Positions 55,659 through 64,000 of a stretch of 64,000 bases of DNA are shown here, one piece after another. Position numbers and translations under genes: made by a program. Every line of letters starts with the position of its first letter. Positions within the stretch are counted from its first letter, which is position 1. The stretch comes from an uncultured delta proteobacterium (GTDB lineage: Bacteria > Myxococcota > Myxococcia > Myxococcales > Anaeromyxobacteraceae). Under the pieces are notes generated by a model. It did no database searches. It worked only from the letters and a program-made list of their open reading frames with translations, and was not told the DNA's origin. The stretch is taken from contig CAWJSR010000012.1 in the NCBI GenBank assembly GCA_963845515.1, positions 11,503 through 75,502 on the forward strand, written 5' to 3'.

Positions 55659-57070
55659 TCAGTGAAGCAGTCGACCGGACTTACGGAGAGGTCGCGTTCC
55701 GGCGATTTCCTTCGCCTGTTGCTCGGCGAACGCGCGGGTCTGCATCTCGGTCATTCGCAGGAAGTCGGCGCGGTCGGCCTTCGGCCCGGAGAACGACCAC
55801 CTTCGCGTCACCGCCTCGAGCTCCTCGACGAGCAGCTTGATGCGGTTGTCCTTGAGGAGCCGCGCGAAGAAGGCGACGGCGCCGCGGCCGCGTGCGAGGT
55901 ATGGCTTCAGTGAGCGCACGAGGTGGACGCCGGTGTTGTGATCGCGCCCCTCGATGCCGTTCACGGGGCGCGTGGCGCGCAGGCCCATCAGGATCCGGGC
56001 CGCCCGGGGCTTGTTGAGCGCCCCGTGGAGGAACGAGGCGAGCGCGGCGTCTCGCTGCTCGGACTCCTGGAGCGCGAGGGCAGCGATCAGACTCTGCGAG
56101 GGGTCGAGCTCACTTCCGTAAGTCGCCGCCTTCGCCGCGGCCAGCCATCGACCGGTGGTGAGGAGGACCGGCGCACGGAGTGCGTTGGCGGAGATGGCGT
56201 CGGCGCATTCCGACTCCAGCCGATCGCAGATCGCGAGCGCCTCGTCGTACTCCCCCGACTCGTTCAGTGCGAGCGCGAGGTTGCGGAGCCCGCGCATGTA
56301 CGGGCGGGTGTAGAGGTCGGTCCACCAGCTCGACCGGGCGACGCGCTTCGGGAGGAGCCTGCGGCCGACCTCGATGGTCTTCCGGAAGTGGTCGATCGCC
56401 TCGGGGAGCCGTGCCCGGTCGTAGGCGATGAGCCCGAGGTAGTTGTGCCCCTCGGCGTAGTCGTCGAACGCGTCCACGAGGAGTCGGAAGATCACCTCGG
56501 CCTTCTCGTACTCCTGCCGATCGTAGTGCTCGGCGGCGAGCTCCTCGACGTCGGCGGGGACGTCGTGGCCCCGGAAGGCGAGTTCGCCAGAACCAGGGAT
56601 TGTCCTCGTTGTACTTCGCGGGCTCAGGCGCGGGCGTGCGGAGCCGCGCGCTCGATGAGCTCGACGAGGAACGCCGAGCTCGGCGCGATGGGCGTCGATG
56701 GTCTGGCCGGCGGAGAGGAGCGAGTTCGGGTCCGCCACGATGAGCTGCTTCGCGAAGGCGCAGAGATCGGCCCGAAAGCGCGAGAGGAGCCGCGTGCGTC
56801 CGGTACTCGTACGTTTCCGGCAGCGCGTCGAGGTTCGCGGCGATCGCGCGCTCGATCCTCCTTCCAGTCGAACCGGAGCTTCGGGTAGGCGTTCTCGACG
56901 AGCGCGCGGAACTGGTGGCGTCCGTCGGCGCTGCCGCGGCCGATCGCCTCGAGGGCCTCGGGGCGCGAGTAGAGCGTGAAGAGGATCCGCTGCTGGACCT
57001 TGCCGGTACCCGGCTCACGCTCACCATGGGCGAGGACGAGCTGGCTACCGCGGCGGCGAACGAAGGGCAT
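55659..57070 (-). CDS. TPR-containing protein (several frameshifts 56560-56870)
   Basis: MPFVRRRG... start; TPR motifs AEGHNYLGLIA, MRGLRNLALAL...YDEAL. Confidence 0.75.
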
Positions 57071-57134
57071 GACGGCTCCGTGTTGTGTGCGCATGAGATC
57101 GCCCACACAACACGAGCGCTGTCAACCCGCAGCC

Positions 57135-57920
57135 TCAGCCCCCCGCCACGCGCTCCACTTCGGCAAACGTCCGCACGACGTCTCTCACGACGAGGGCCCG
57201 ATCGATTCCCGCCAGGGTCGGCGCGAACTCGAGGACCTCGGTGACACCACGTGCGTCGTCGGACCCGAAGAGATCGCGGAGGCGCTTGAGCGCTTCGTCC
57301 CGCTCAGGTTCGAGGGCGAGCGCGCGGCCAACGACGGCTGGGCTCTTCCTCCGAACGTACGCGTAGAGATCGAAGGCATCCTTGGCGCTCGGGGGGCGCC
57401 GGATCCTCGTCGCGTCGAGCTTCATGAGCACGAAGTCCACGATGCTCGGCGTCCTGATCCTGACGTCGCGGTTTCCGAGGCGCAGCCGGAGCTCGACCGC
57501 CCTCCTGAGCACCTCTTCGCCACGAGGGAGCGGCGTCATCTCGGTCGACGGGATGGGACCGCCCTCGGGAGTGAAGAGGTCCAGCCGCACGTAGACCTCG
57601 CCAACCTGCTTCTCCCACTGGAAGGCGCGGCCGCCGCGCCGGTACCCCGCCTCGCGAAGGAGATGCGGGAGCTCGTCCCAGCGAGCGGACTCCTGGGGAT
57701 CGACCGACTCGACGAGCAGGTCGGGATCGAAGGAGTAGCCCCGGACGACGCGCTGGCCCGTGTCGGTCTCGACCTCGAGGACGGGGTCCTGGGAGGCGGC
57801 CACCTGCTCGACCGCGAGAACCTGCCCTCCGATCAGCACCACCTCGGACAGGCCGTCGAGCCGGTTGAGCAGCGCCCCGAGCTCATCCAGGACGACGGCG
57901 AACCGCTCCGCTTCGGTCAT
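57135..57920 (-). CDS. Nucleotidyltransferase, AbiEii-like toxin
   Basis: VLIGGQ, S.DPDL, LDLF, FVLMK, KDAFDL; ATGA overlap with the upstream gene. Confidence 0.75.
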   Translation of the reverse strand: MTEAERFAVVLDELGALLNRLDGLSEVVLIGGQVLAVEQVAASQDPVLEVETDTGQRVVRGYSFDPDLLVESVDPQESARWDELPHLLREAGYRRGGRAFQWEKQVGEVYVRLDLFTPEGGPIPSTEMTPLPRGEEVLRRAVELRLRLGNRDVRIRTPSIVDFVLMKLDATRIRRPPSAKDAFDLYAYVRRKSPAVVGRALALEPERDEALKRLRDLFGSDDARGVTEVLEFAPTLAGIDRALVVRDVVRTFAEVERVAGG

Positions 57921-59056
57921 GACTCGAGCTCGGGTGGCGGCAGGCTCTTGGCGTACAGCTCCACGAGGCGCTCCGCCTGTTCGCGACCGCGGCCACCGGC
58001 CGTTGCGAAATCGGAGGCCAGCTGCGGCACCGCGACTCCGGTCCCGTGCGGCAGGGTTCTCGTGAAGCCGTAGATCCCCGCCGCGGACTCCGCTGCGGGC
58101 TCCGCCCGGAGGACGAGGAAGTTGTGCGGCGTCGTCGCGCGCTCGAGCTTCAGGGCGTCCTCGATCGGTGCGACGTCGCCGGAAGCGTACAGACCGTGCG
58201 GAAGGCCAGAAACGAAGGCCTCGCTCGGGAGCAGCGCGCTCGCGAGGGTGAACACCGTCTTGACGCCACTCGCCCTGGCCGCGGCCTCCGCGGCCGCCAG
58301 TGCAGCGGGGCGTGTGTCGGGAGCGAAGTAGGGCGTGATGCTCACCGCCGTGCGCTCCCCGCTGTTGAGCCAGGCCTTGAGCAGGCCGGTCGCGTCGCTC
58401 ACCTTGAAGCCGGATCGGGGTGACGAGCGCACGAGGAAGCCATCTCTCTCGAGCTTCGCGAGAACGCCGTAGGCGAAGGCGTAGCTCGTTCGCGCGGTGG
58501 ACGCGAGATCAGCGGGCTTGACGCGCTGCCCTGGCTGCGCGAGCAGGACGCGGACGATCCGGCACGCCTTTCCGGAGAAGAGCCGAATCCGCGACGTTCG
58601 TTCCACCGTCGCGTGGCCCTCGACGTGGACGTAGACGGGACCGCCGTGGAGGATGAGCGTGCCCCGTCGGTCGATGACCCCCAGCCCTTCCCGAACGCAG
58701 ACGTCGATGACTGTGCGGGTGGCGACTTCGGTCGCAAGCGTCGGAAGATATGGAACGCCTGCCGAAGTGGTGCCGGCGCTCCGCCGCCTCAGGTCGTCGA
58801 TGACTGTCCGGAGTTGATCCCTTGCTGCCAGGGCGTCCTTGCTCGTCGCTGGTGAGCGGAACGCGATGACCAACTGGGCGCTCGCCGATGGGGTCTGCAA
58901 ACGAGCGATGTCGAAGACTGTCTCGCCTCCGCGGCCCCGGCGCGGGACGACGACGGATTCGAGCTGAGCGAGGCGCAGACCGGGCGGAAGAAGCGGCGGT
59001 TGCGCCCAGAAGAGGTCTCGACCCGATCGAGTGGCGGCTGGTTCTGAGGCGCTCAT
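57917..59056 (-). CDS. AbiEi-like antitoxin (central wHTH)
   Basis: FSGK..RIVRVLL..P....DLA....S......L.KL...GF, LL.AW, GRGREQAE. Confidence 0.75.
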   Translation of the reverse strand: MSASEPAATRSGRDLFWAQPPLLPPGLRLAQLESVVVPRRGRGGETVFDIARLQTPSASAQLVIAFRSPATSKDALAARDQLRTVIDDLRRRSAGTTSAGVPYLPTLATEVATRTVIDVCVREGLGVIDRRGTLILHGGPVYVHVEGHATVERTSRIRLFSGKACRIVRVLLAQPGQRVKPADLASTARTSYAFAYGVLAKLERDGFLVRSSPRSGFKVSDATGLLKAWLNSGERTAVSITPYFAPDTRPAALAAAEAAARASGVKTVFTLASALLPSEAFVSGLPHGLYASGDVAPIEDALKLERATTPHNFLVLRAEPAAESAAGIYGFTRTLPHGTGVAVPQLASDFATAGGRGREQAERLVELYAKSLPPPELES

Positions 59057-59243
59057 TGGTGGTGATACTGCTCTTATATTGAGATCTACATGATGTCACT
59101 ACGGCTCACTAGTTATTATCACTAACAATGTAGGAGGTCCATCTGCCGCCAGTTCGCTCTACATCCGGAAGGAGAAGCAGGCGTGCCTAGAGGTTCGGCG
59201 TCGCGTGGCGACCATCAGCCCGGGACCGGAGGGTGCCGACCCG

Positions 59244-59360
59244 GTTCACGATGGCCGTCTGGGTGTTCACGATGCCCGACCTCGGCGTTCACGATGGCCC
59301 GATCCGGCTGTTCACGATGGCCCGATCCGGCTGTTCACGATGCGCCGATCCTCGTGTTCA
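59244..59360. repeat. Tandem 21-23 bp repeats with core GTTCACGATG
   Basis: Units at 59244, 59265, 59287, 59310, 59333 and a partial unit at 59356. Confidence 0.92.
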
Positions 59361-60427
59361 TACCCGGCGAGCTTCGCCAGCAAGGCGCGTCCCTCCTGGT
59401 ACAGCGCCGACAGCGTGCCGCTCCCGAACGCGATGCACCCCCCCGCGTCGGTCTGCCTCGTCACGTACGCCGGCCAGTAGCCGTCGGGCCTGACCTTCAG
59501 CATGTAGCCGAAGTACAGGCGGTCCGGCGTCGTTCCGATCTCCCCGGCGAGCTTCGAGAAGAACCGGGTGTCGGGCTCTACGATGATCACTTCCTCGCGG
59601 TTCACGACGAAGCCCTTCATTCCTCGCTCGACGGATCGGTAGTCCTCGACGGACAGGTGCTCGATGTTCGGACGCAGCTCGGCGGCTAGCTCGTTCCCCC
59701 GTCGCAGTAGATCCTCCAGGGATGCCCCCTTGCCGGACGTCTCGGCGCGCGCCACCGCCTTGCCGAACTCGACGGCTCGTCGCACCAGGGAGACCGCGCC
59801 ACCGGCGGCCGAGCCCTTCATGGTCTGGGCCCCCAAGCCGCCCCAGCACCGGCGCGGTGGGCCTGTTCGGTAGTCCGTCTTGTAGTCGCACCGCCGCCGG
59901 TCAACACCAAGCCGTCTGGCCTGCTCCTCGGCCGCGGCCATCAGGCGTTCGAGCGGGACGAAGCGGAGGACGCTGGTCTCCAACTCGTTCGGGTCATCGG
60001 GCATGCCGCAGGAGCCGAGCCGATCCATGGCGCCCCGAACGACGAGCGCGGCCCCTTCCCTCCAGATCTGCACGCGACGCCCGTCACAGCTGTCCCCGGC
60101 GCAGGGCGTCTTCTGCGGCTTCCCGTCGAAGTCGGGGCGCTCGAACGAGCCCTCGGCATGATCGCCCTCGACGAGCTCGACGCGAAACGGCAGCGGCGAG
60201 CACTCGCCGTCGACGCGGTATTGCAGTTCGCCGTCGCGGAGATCCAGGAAGCCCCTCTGTACGAAGCCGAGGGCAAGACAGAGGTCGTCGAGCGTCGCCG
60301 CGCACCGGGCGTCGAAGACGGCCTGCTCCTTGCACGAAGGGCCGGTCAGCTTCCACGGAGCGAGAGGCCCGGGCGCGCCTCCCGCCTGCGCGAGAACGGC
60401 AACGAGAACCAGCGGTGCGACGGCCAT
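59312..60427 (-). CDS. Secreted Cys-rich hypothetical protein, 3' end runs into the repeat array
   Basis: Signal-like N-terminus; last ~15 codons are encoded by repeat DNA. Confidence 0.7.
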   Translation of the reverse strand: MAVAPLVLVAVLAQAGGAPGPLAPWKLTGPSCKEQAVFDARCAATLDDLCLALGFVQRGFLDLRDGELQYRVDGECSPLPFRVELVEGDHAEGSFERPDFDGKPQKTPCAGDSCDGRRVQIWREGAALVVRGAMDRLGSCGMPDDPNELETSVLRFVPLERLMAAAEEQARRLGVDRRRCDYKTDYRTGPPRRCWGGLGAQTMKGSAAGGAVSLVRRAVEFGKAVARAETSGKGASLEDLLRRGNELAAELRPNIEHLSVEDYRSVERGMKGFVVNREEVIIVEPDTRFFSKLAGEIGTTPDRLYFGYMLKVRPDGYWPAYVTRQTDAGGCIAFGSGTLSALYQEGRALLAKLAGYEHEDRRIVNSRIGPS

Positions 60428-60440
60428 AGAGATGCCCCCC

Positions 60441-60468
60441 ACGTCCGATAGGATAGCCTACGGCGTGG
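60441..60468 (+). other. Inverted degenerate dif-like site (XerC arm 10/11)
   Basis: ACGTCCGATAG vs dif ACGTCCGATAA, in opposite orientation. Confidence 0.5.
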
Positions 60469-60779
60469 GGCCCAAAGTGCTTCTCGGCTCTTCACACCAG
60501 GGCTGGGCTCGCTCCCGTGCAAAGCACTCGCTCGCCGAGATCCAGGTTCGCTGGCGCAACCTCTGGAAGGCGAACGAAGGGCGGGTTTCTGGGATGAGGG
60601 GGCTCGCTGCTCCCGCGTGAACGGGGCGTAGGCGCCTCCCACCCACCGTCTCGGACGTTCTGATACCCGCGGTATAGGTAGCGGAATCGCTGGGGCGCAG
60701 GCGTTTCGAGGCTTCCTCCGCCACGGGCTGTCCGGGTACCCGCATACCGGACAGGTCGACCGCGCCGTGCCTCCGCCGC

Positions 60780-61190
60780 TCATGCGCCCTCGCCGCGGCG
60801 GGAGGCTCCGGCCAAGAGGACGACCCCGTCGACCCTGCCGAGTTCCCGATCGAACGTCCCGAGTGGCCCATGCCCCGCCTTCCGCGCCGCCTCCAGCACC
60901 AGGCAGTCGGAGAACCCGAGCGACGGCCGCCTCCGGAAATGCTCGAGCGCCCGCTCCACGACTTCCGGGGCCTCGAGGCTCAACTCGCGGTGATTCAGCA
61001 GCATCTCCACCGCCTTCGCACGCCCGCGAGCGTCCACGTCGTAGACCGACTCGAGGACCCAGACCGTCTCGACGAGCACCACGTGAGAGACCCACGCGCC
61101 GGACGCGACGAACGCCTCCGCGACCTTGGTCTGCTCCTCGTCGTCCCGCGTCAGCAGCCGGACGAGGACGTTGGTGTCAACGGCGCGCAT
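60780..61190 (-). CDS. vapC: PIN-domain VapC toxin
   Basis: AVDTNVLVR, E..WVL, FSDCL, TFD. Confidence 0.92.
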   Translation of the reverse strand: MRAVDTNVLVRLLTRDDEEQTKVAEAFVASGAWVSHVVLVETVWVLESVYDVDARGRAKAVEMLLNHRELSLEAPEVVERALEHFRRRPSLGFSDCLVLEAARKAGHGPLGTFDRELGRVDGVVLLAGASRRGEGA

Positions 61191-61455
61191 GGCGCTTCTT
61201 CGCGTGGGCGCGAATGCCGGCCTTGATCTCGTCGGCGCTCTTCCGGACCCCGATTCCGTACGGGAAGACCTCCTCGTGTACCTCCGAGGACGTGAAGCGT
61301 CCCGCCCGCCGGACGACGATCCGGTCCCCGTCCGCGTCCCATTCGATGACCGACCCGGGGCCGACTCCGAGCCGGCGTCGCACCTCGGCCGGCACGGAGA
61401 TCTGCCCCTGGGCAGTCACGCGCGACTCGGCGATCTTGTGATCCTCGCTGGGCAT
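61177..61455 (-). CDS. vapB: AbrB-fold antitoxin
   Basis: SRVTAQGQISVPAEVRRRLGV.PG; overlaps vapC. Confidence 0.88.
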   Translation of the reverse strand: MPSEDHKIAESRVTAQGQISVPAEVRRRLGVGPGSVIEWDADGDRIVVRRAGRFTSSEVHEEVFPYGIGVRKSADEIKAGIRAHAKKRHARR

Positions 61456-61686
61456 GTCGAGATCATTACCGCGGTAATGCGTACTGTCAATCGATGAGCA
61501 TCTGCCGCCACCATGCCCGCAAACACGCAACACTCGGCCTCGATCTGCGAGCGCAACACCCTCCCCCATTCCGCTCGGAATCCCGCGCCCCAACCGGCCG
61601 GATTCACGAACGGATTCGACAGAACCCAAAGCGCAACACCCCCCGAAGTTGCTCAGTCTCGGACGGCCGGCCTGCCGTGCTCCGAC

Positions 61687-62235
61687 CTACCTCCGGCGGT
61701 AGTGCAGCGCCATCACGCCGGACTTGAAGCGTCTCGTGTCGAGGAGCTTCATGCGGGACGACAGGCTCAGGCCGGAGAACAGCGTCGGTCCGTGCCCCGC
61801 CAGGACCGGATGCACCGCCAGGCGGTACTCGTCGATCAGCCCCATCTGCTCGAGCGCGGCCGCGAGCGTCGGGCTGCCCACGAGCACGCCGCGCGGCGTG
61901 CGTCGCTTGAGCGCCGCGATCGCCTCGCGCAGGTTCCCCTCGACGGGGAACGTGTTGGCCCAGGGGAAGTCGCGGCGCGTCGTCGAGACCACGTACTTGG
62001 GCTTGGCCTCCAGCTTGCGCGCCCAGGCGCGGAGCGCGGGCCGCGCCTTCGGGTCGCGCGCCACCGCAGGCCAGGCGCTCTCCATGAGCTCGTAGGTCAC
62101 GCGCCCGAACAACATGGCCCCGGCTTCGTCCATCAGGCGCGTGTAGTAGCGGTGCAACGCGTCATCCGCGACCCCCTCGCGATGATCGCAGCACCCGTCG
62201 AGCGTCACGTTGATCGCGAAGGTGAGTCGCCCCAT
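61687..62235 (-). CDS. Dihydrofolate reductase-like (RibD C-terminal) protein
   Basis: NVTLDG, LFGRVTYE, KYVVS, LIDEY.L.VHP...G.G..LF. Confidence 0.88.
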   Translation of the reverse strand: MGRLTFAINVTLDGCCDHREGVADDALHRYYTRLMDEAGAMLFGRVTYELMESAWPAVARDPKARPALRAWARKLEAKPKYVVSTTRRDFPWANTFPVEGNLREAIAALKRRTPRGVLVGSPTLAAALEQMGLIDEYRLAVHPVLAGHGPTLFSGLSLSSRMKLLDTRRFKSGVMALHYRRR

Positions 62236-62729
62236 GACGCTGAGTCCATAACCATCCCGCTGCGTCGGAGCCGCCGGTACGTCCAGCCCCTCTCAGGGCC
62301 TCGCCTTCTTGATCGCCTACCCTGCGCTGTCAATCGAGGAACCTCCGCCGCCAGCATGCCCGGTCTCGTTCCAGATCATGAACGCGATGAATGGAGGCGC
62401 CCTCTGCCCGTGACGTTCGGGCGACCGCGACCAGCACAGCGCGCGATTTCCCATCGCGCGCCGCGCTCTGCTACCTTCCTGTCCGACGGGAGGTGACGAC
62501 CATGCGCGCGATCGAGTCCCGCAGCCCCCTCGACCTCTGAGGCCGTGAGGCCGGGAGGCCGGCGGCTTCCCACGAGGACAGAAGCGGCGGACGCGCCGAC
62601 CGCGCGCGGAGGTCGTCACCCCGCGCCAGGCCGCACCACCCCTGAAGCGCCCGCCATCACGTCACACCGAACGCGCGCCATGCGCGCGGGCTCAGCCGTC
62701 GCGCCGACCCGGCGGCGGATGCGGGCGAG

Positions 62730-62961
62730 ATGTCCGAAGATCCGTCGCACGACGACGCCTGGGACGCCGGCGAGCTCGGCTGCGGTGAGCTCGTCGTCAT
62801 CCTGGCCGGTCGGCTCGAGGCGCTCGCGCCGGGCCAGCGGCTGCTGCTCACGGCCACCGACCCGGGCGCCCGGTACGACCTCCCCTCCTTCTGCCGCCTG
62901 ACCGGCCACCGGCTGCTTCGTGCAGAATCCGCCGCACTACCTCGTTCAACGAAAGGACTGA
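62730..62961 (+). CDS. TusA/SirA-like sulfur carrier (frameshift near end)
   Basis: DAGELGCGEL, ATDPGA..DLP.FCRLTGH. Confidence 0.8.
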
Positions 62962-62965
62962 TCAC

Positions 62966-63328
62966 ATGGCCAACCAGCTCTGCGTCTCCATCACCAACGC
63001 GAAGAACGACCTCGACCGCGCCACCGTCGGCTTCGTCGTCGCCAACGCCGCCGTCGCCTCCGCCCAGGAGACGCTCGTCTTCCTCTCCACCGAGGGGGTG
63101 CGGCTCGCCGTGAAGGGCTTCGCCGCCGGCCTCCAGGAGCCCGGCTTCGCTCCGATCGCCGATCTGATCGCGAGCTTCACCAAGGCCGGGGGGAAGATCT
63201 ACGTCTGCTCCCCCTGCATGAAGAAGCGCGGGCTCGACGCCGAGCCGCTCGTCGAGAACGCGACCATCGTCGGCGGCGCCAAGCTCGTGGAGTTTCTGGC
63301 CACCGGCGCGCCCTGCATCTCCTACTGA
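62966..63328 (+). CDS. DsrE-family protein
   Basis: VFLSTEGV, GGKIYVCSPC..KRGL. Confidence 0.85.
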   Translation: MANQLCVSITNAKNDLDRATVGFVVANAAVASAQETLVFLSTEGVRLAVKGFAAGLQEPGFAPIADLIASFTKAGGKIYVCSPCMKKRGLDAEPLVENATIVGGAKLVEFLATGAPCISY

Positions 63329-63342
63329 CGGAGCCCCACGTG

Positions 63343-63979
63343 ATGACCCCCGGGACCCGCCATCCCTTCCCGCCCCGGGCGAGCTTCGACGGCGGCACGC
63401 TGGACTGCGGGAGCGGGCTGCTCCTGCTCATCCGCCAGCAGATCGACCCGCTGGCGCCAGGCGAGCTGCTCGAGATCCGCTCGGCCGAGCCGTCGGTCCG
63501 CGAGGACCTCCCGGCCTGGTGCCGGCTGACCGGGAACGAGCTGGTCTCGCAGCTTCCCGTCGCCGGGGGGGGCGAGCTTCCTCGTCTCGAAGGGGAAGTT
63601 CGTCGTGCCGCCCCCCGGGGAGGCGCCAGCCGCCTCCCAGGCCAGCTCGACGGCGGCGCCGACGTCGTGACCGACGGGGAGCAGCGGCGGGACTCCTACG
63701 CGAGCTTCGTCGGTGCGCGCCTCGACAACTGCCAGCTCGTGCCGATCACCGACCTACTCCCGTACGTCTCCGACCCGTCGGCGTTCGAACGGGAGCTGCG
63801 GGCCCTCGACGTCCCCGCTGGGCAGGTGCGTCACCCGGCGGTCTTCGGGCCGCTCTCACGACTGCGGCTTCGCGACCTTCGCCGACAACCCCATCGCCCC
63901 GGCGAAGCTCGCGACCGACCACCTCGCGACCATCGCGACCGCGGCCCGCACCCTCCGGGCGCGGCACCGCGTCGGCTGA
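63343..63979 (+). pseudogene. TusA domain fused to remnants of a cobalamin-independent methionine synthase-like domain
   Basis: FDGG.LDCGSGLLL...EDLPAWCRLTGN, then DVVTDGEQRRDSY, then directly the C-terminal DCGFATFADNP in another frame. Confidence 0.7.
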
Positions 63980-64000
63980 CCGGGGCCCCTCAGGTGCGTC

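Larger units (their letters stand above)
54679..60702. mobile_element. Putative Xer-integrated element bounded by 52-bp direct repeats
   Basis: 54679-54730 vs 60651-60702, 45/52 identical and ungapped, starting inside the XerC arm; accessory cargo; no integrase seen. Confidence 0.6.

Noticed and set aside
59244..59360. CRISPR array
   Set aside because: The period is only 21-23 bp, there are no unique spacers, and no cas genes are present.
57168..61666. Additional XerC-arm matches (ACGTCCG ~57168, CGGACGT ~59734, GTCTCGGACG ~61656)
   Set aside because: Short, GC-rich, mostly within coding sequence and without flanking similarity; compatible with chance.

Overview
High-GC window, mostly a core-chromosome segment whose gene content points to an Anaeromyxobacter-like Myxococcota genome (inference). 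Recognisable genes include recG, pcm, thrC, tmk, pgi, mutL, lon, lexA, an ABC1/UbiB kinase, mutS, two triheme cytochromes, an amidase, glnD, tsaC, xerD, trpS, scpAB, rluB, corA and mrp. Many single-base frameshifts suggest a long-read consensus. The first ~3.09 kb looks like a different, actinobacterial-type sequence joined mid-gene into recG (probable chimera). The main signal is a canonical-looking 28-bp dif site at 54659-54686, where KOPS octamer polarity flips. Next to it is a ~6 kb accessory block carrying a membrane protein, a TPR protein, an AbiE-type TA pair and a truncated secreted protein. The block is bounded by a 52-bp direct repeat that begins inside the XerC arm of dif, and a second, inverted XerC-arm copy near its far end can fold into a CTX-phage-like hairpin. 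No integrase is encoded, so this may be a host-XerCD-integrated (IMEX-like) defence cassette. Further accessory genes (vapBC, a DHFR-like gene, a decaying tusA-dsrE-metE cluster) lie beyond it. All calls were made by eye from motifs; no searches were run.
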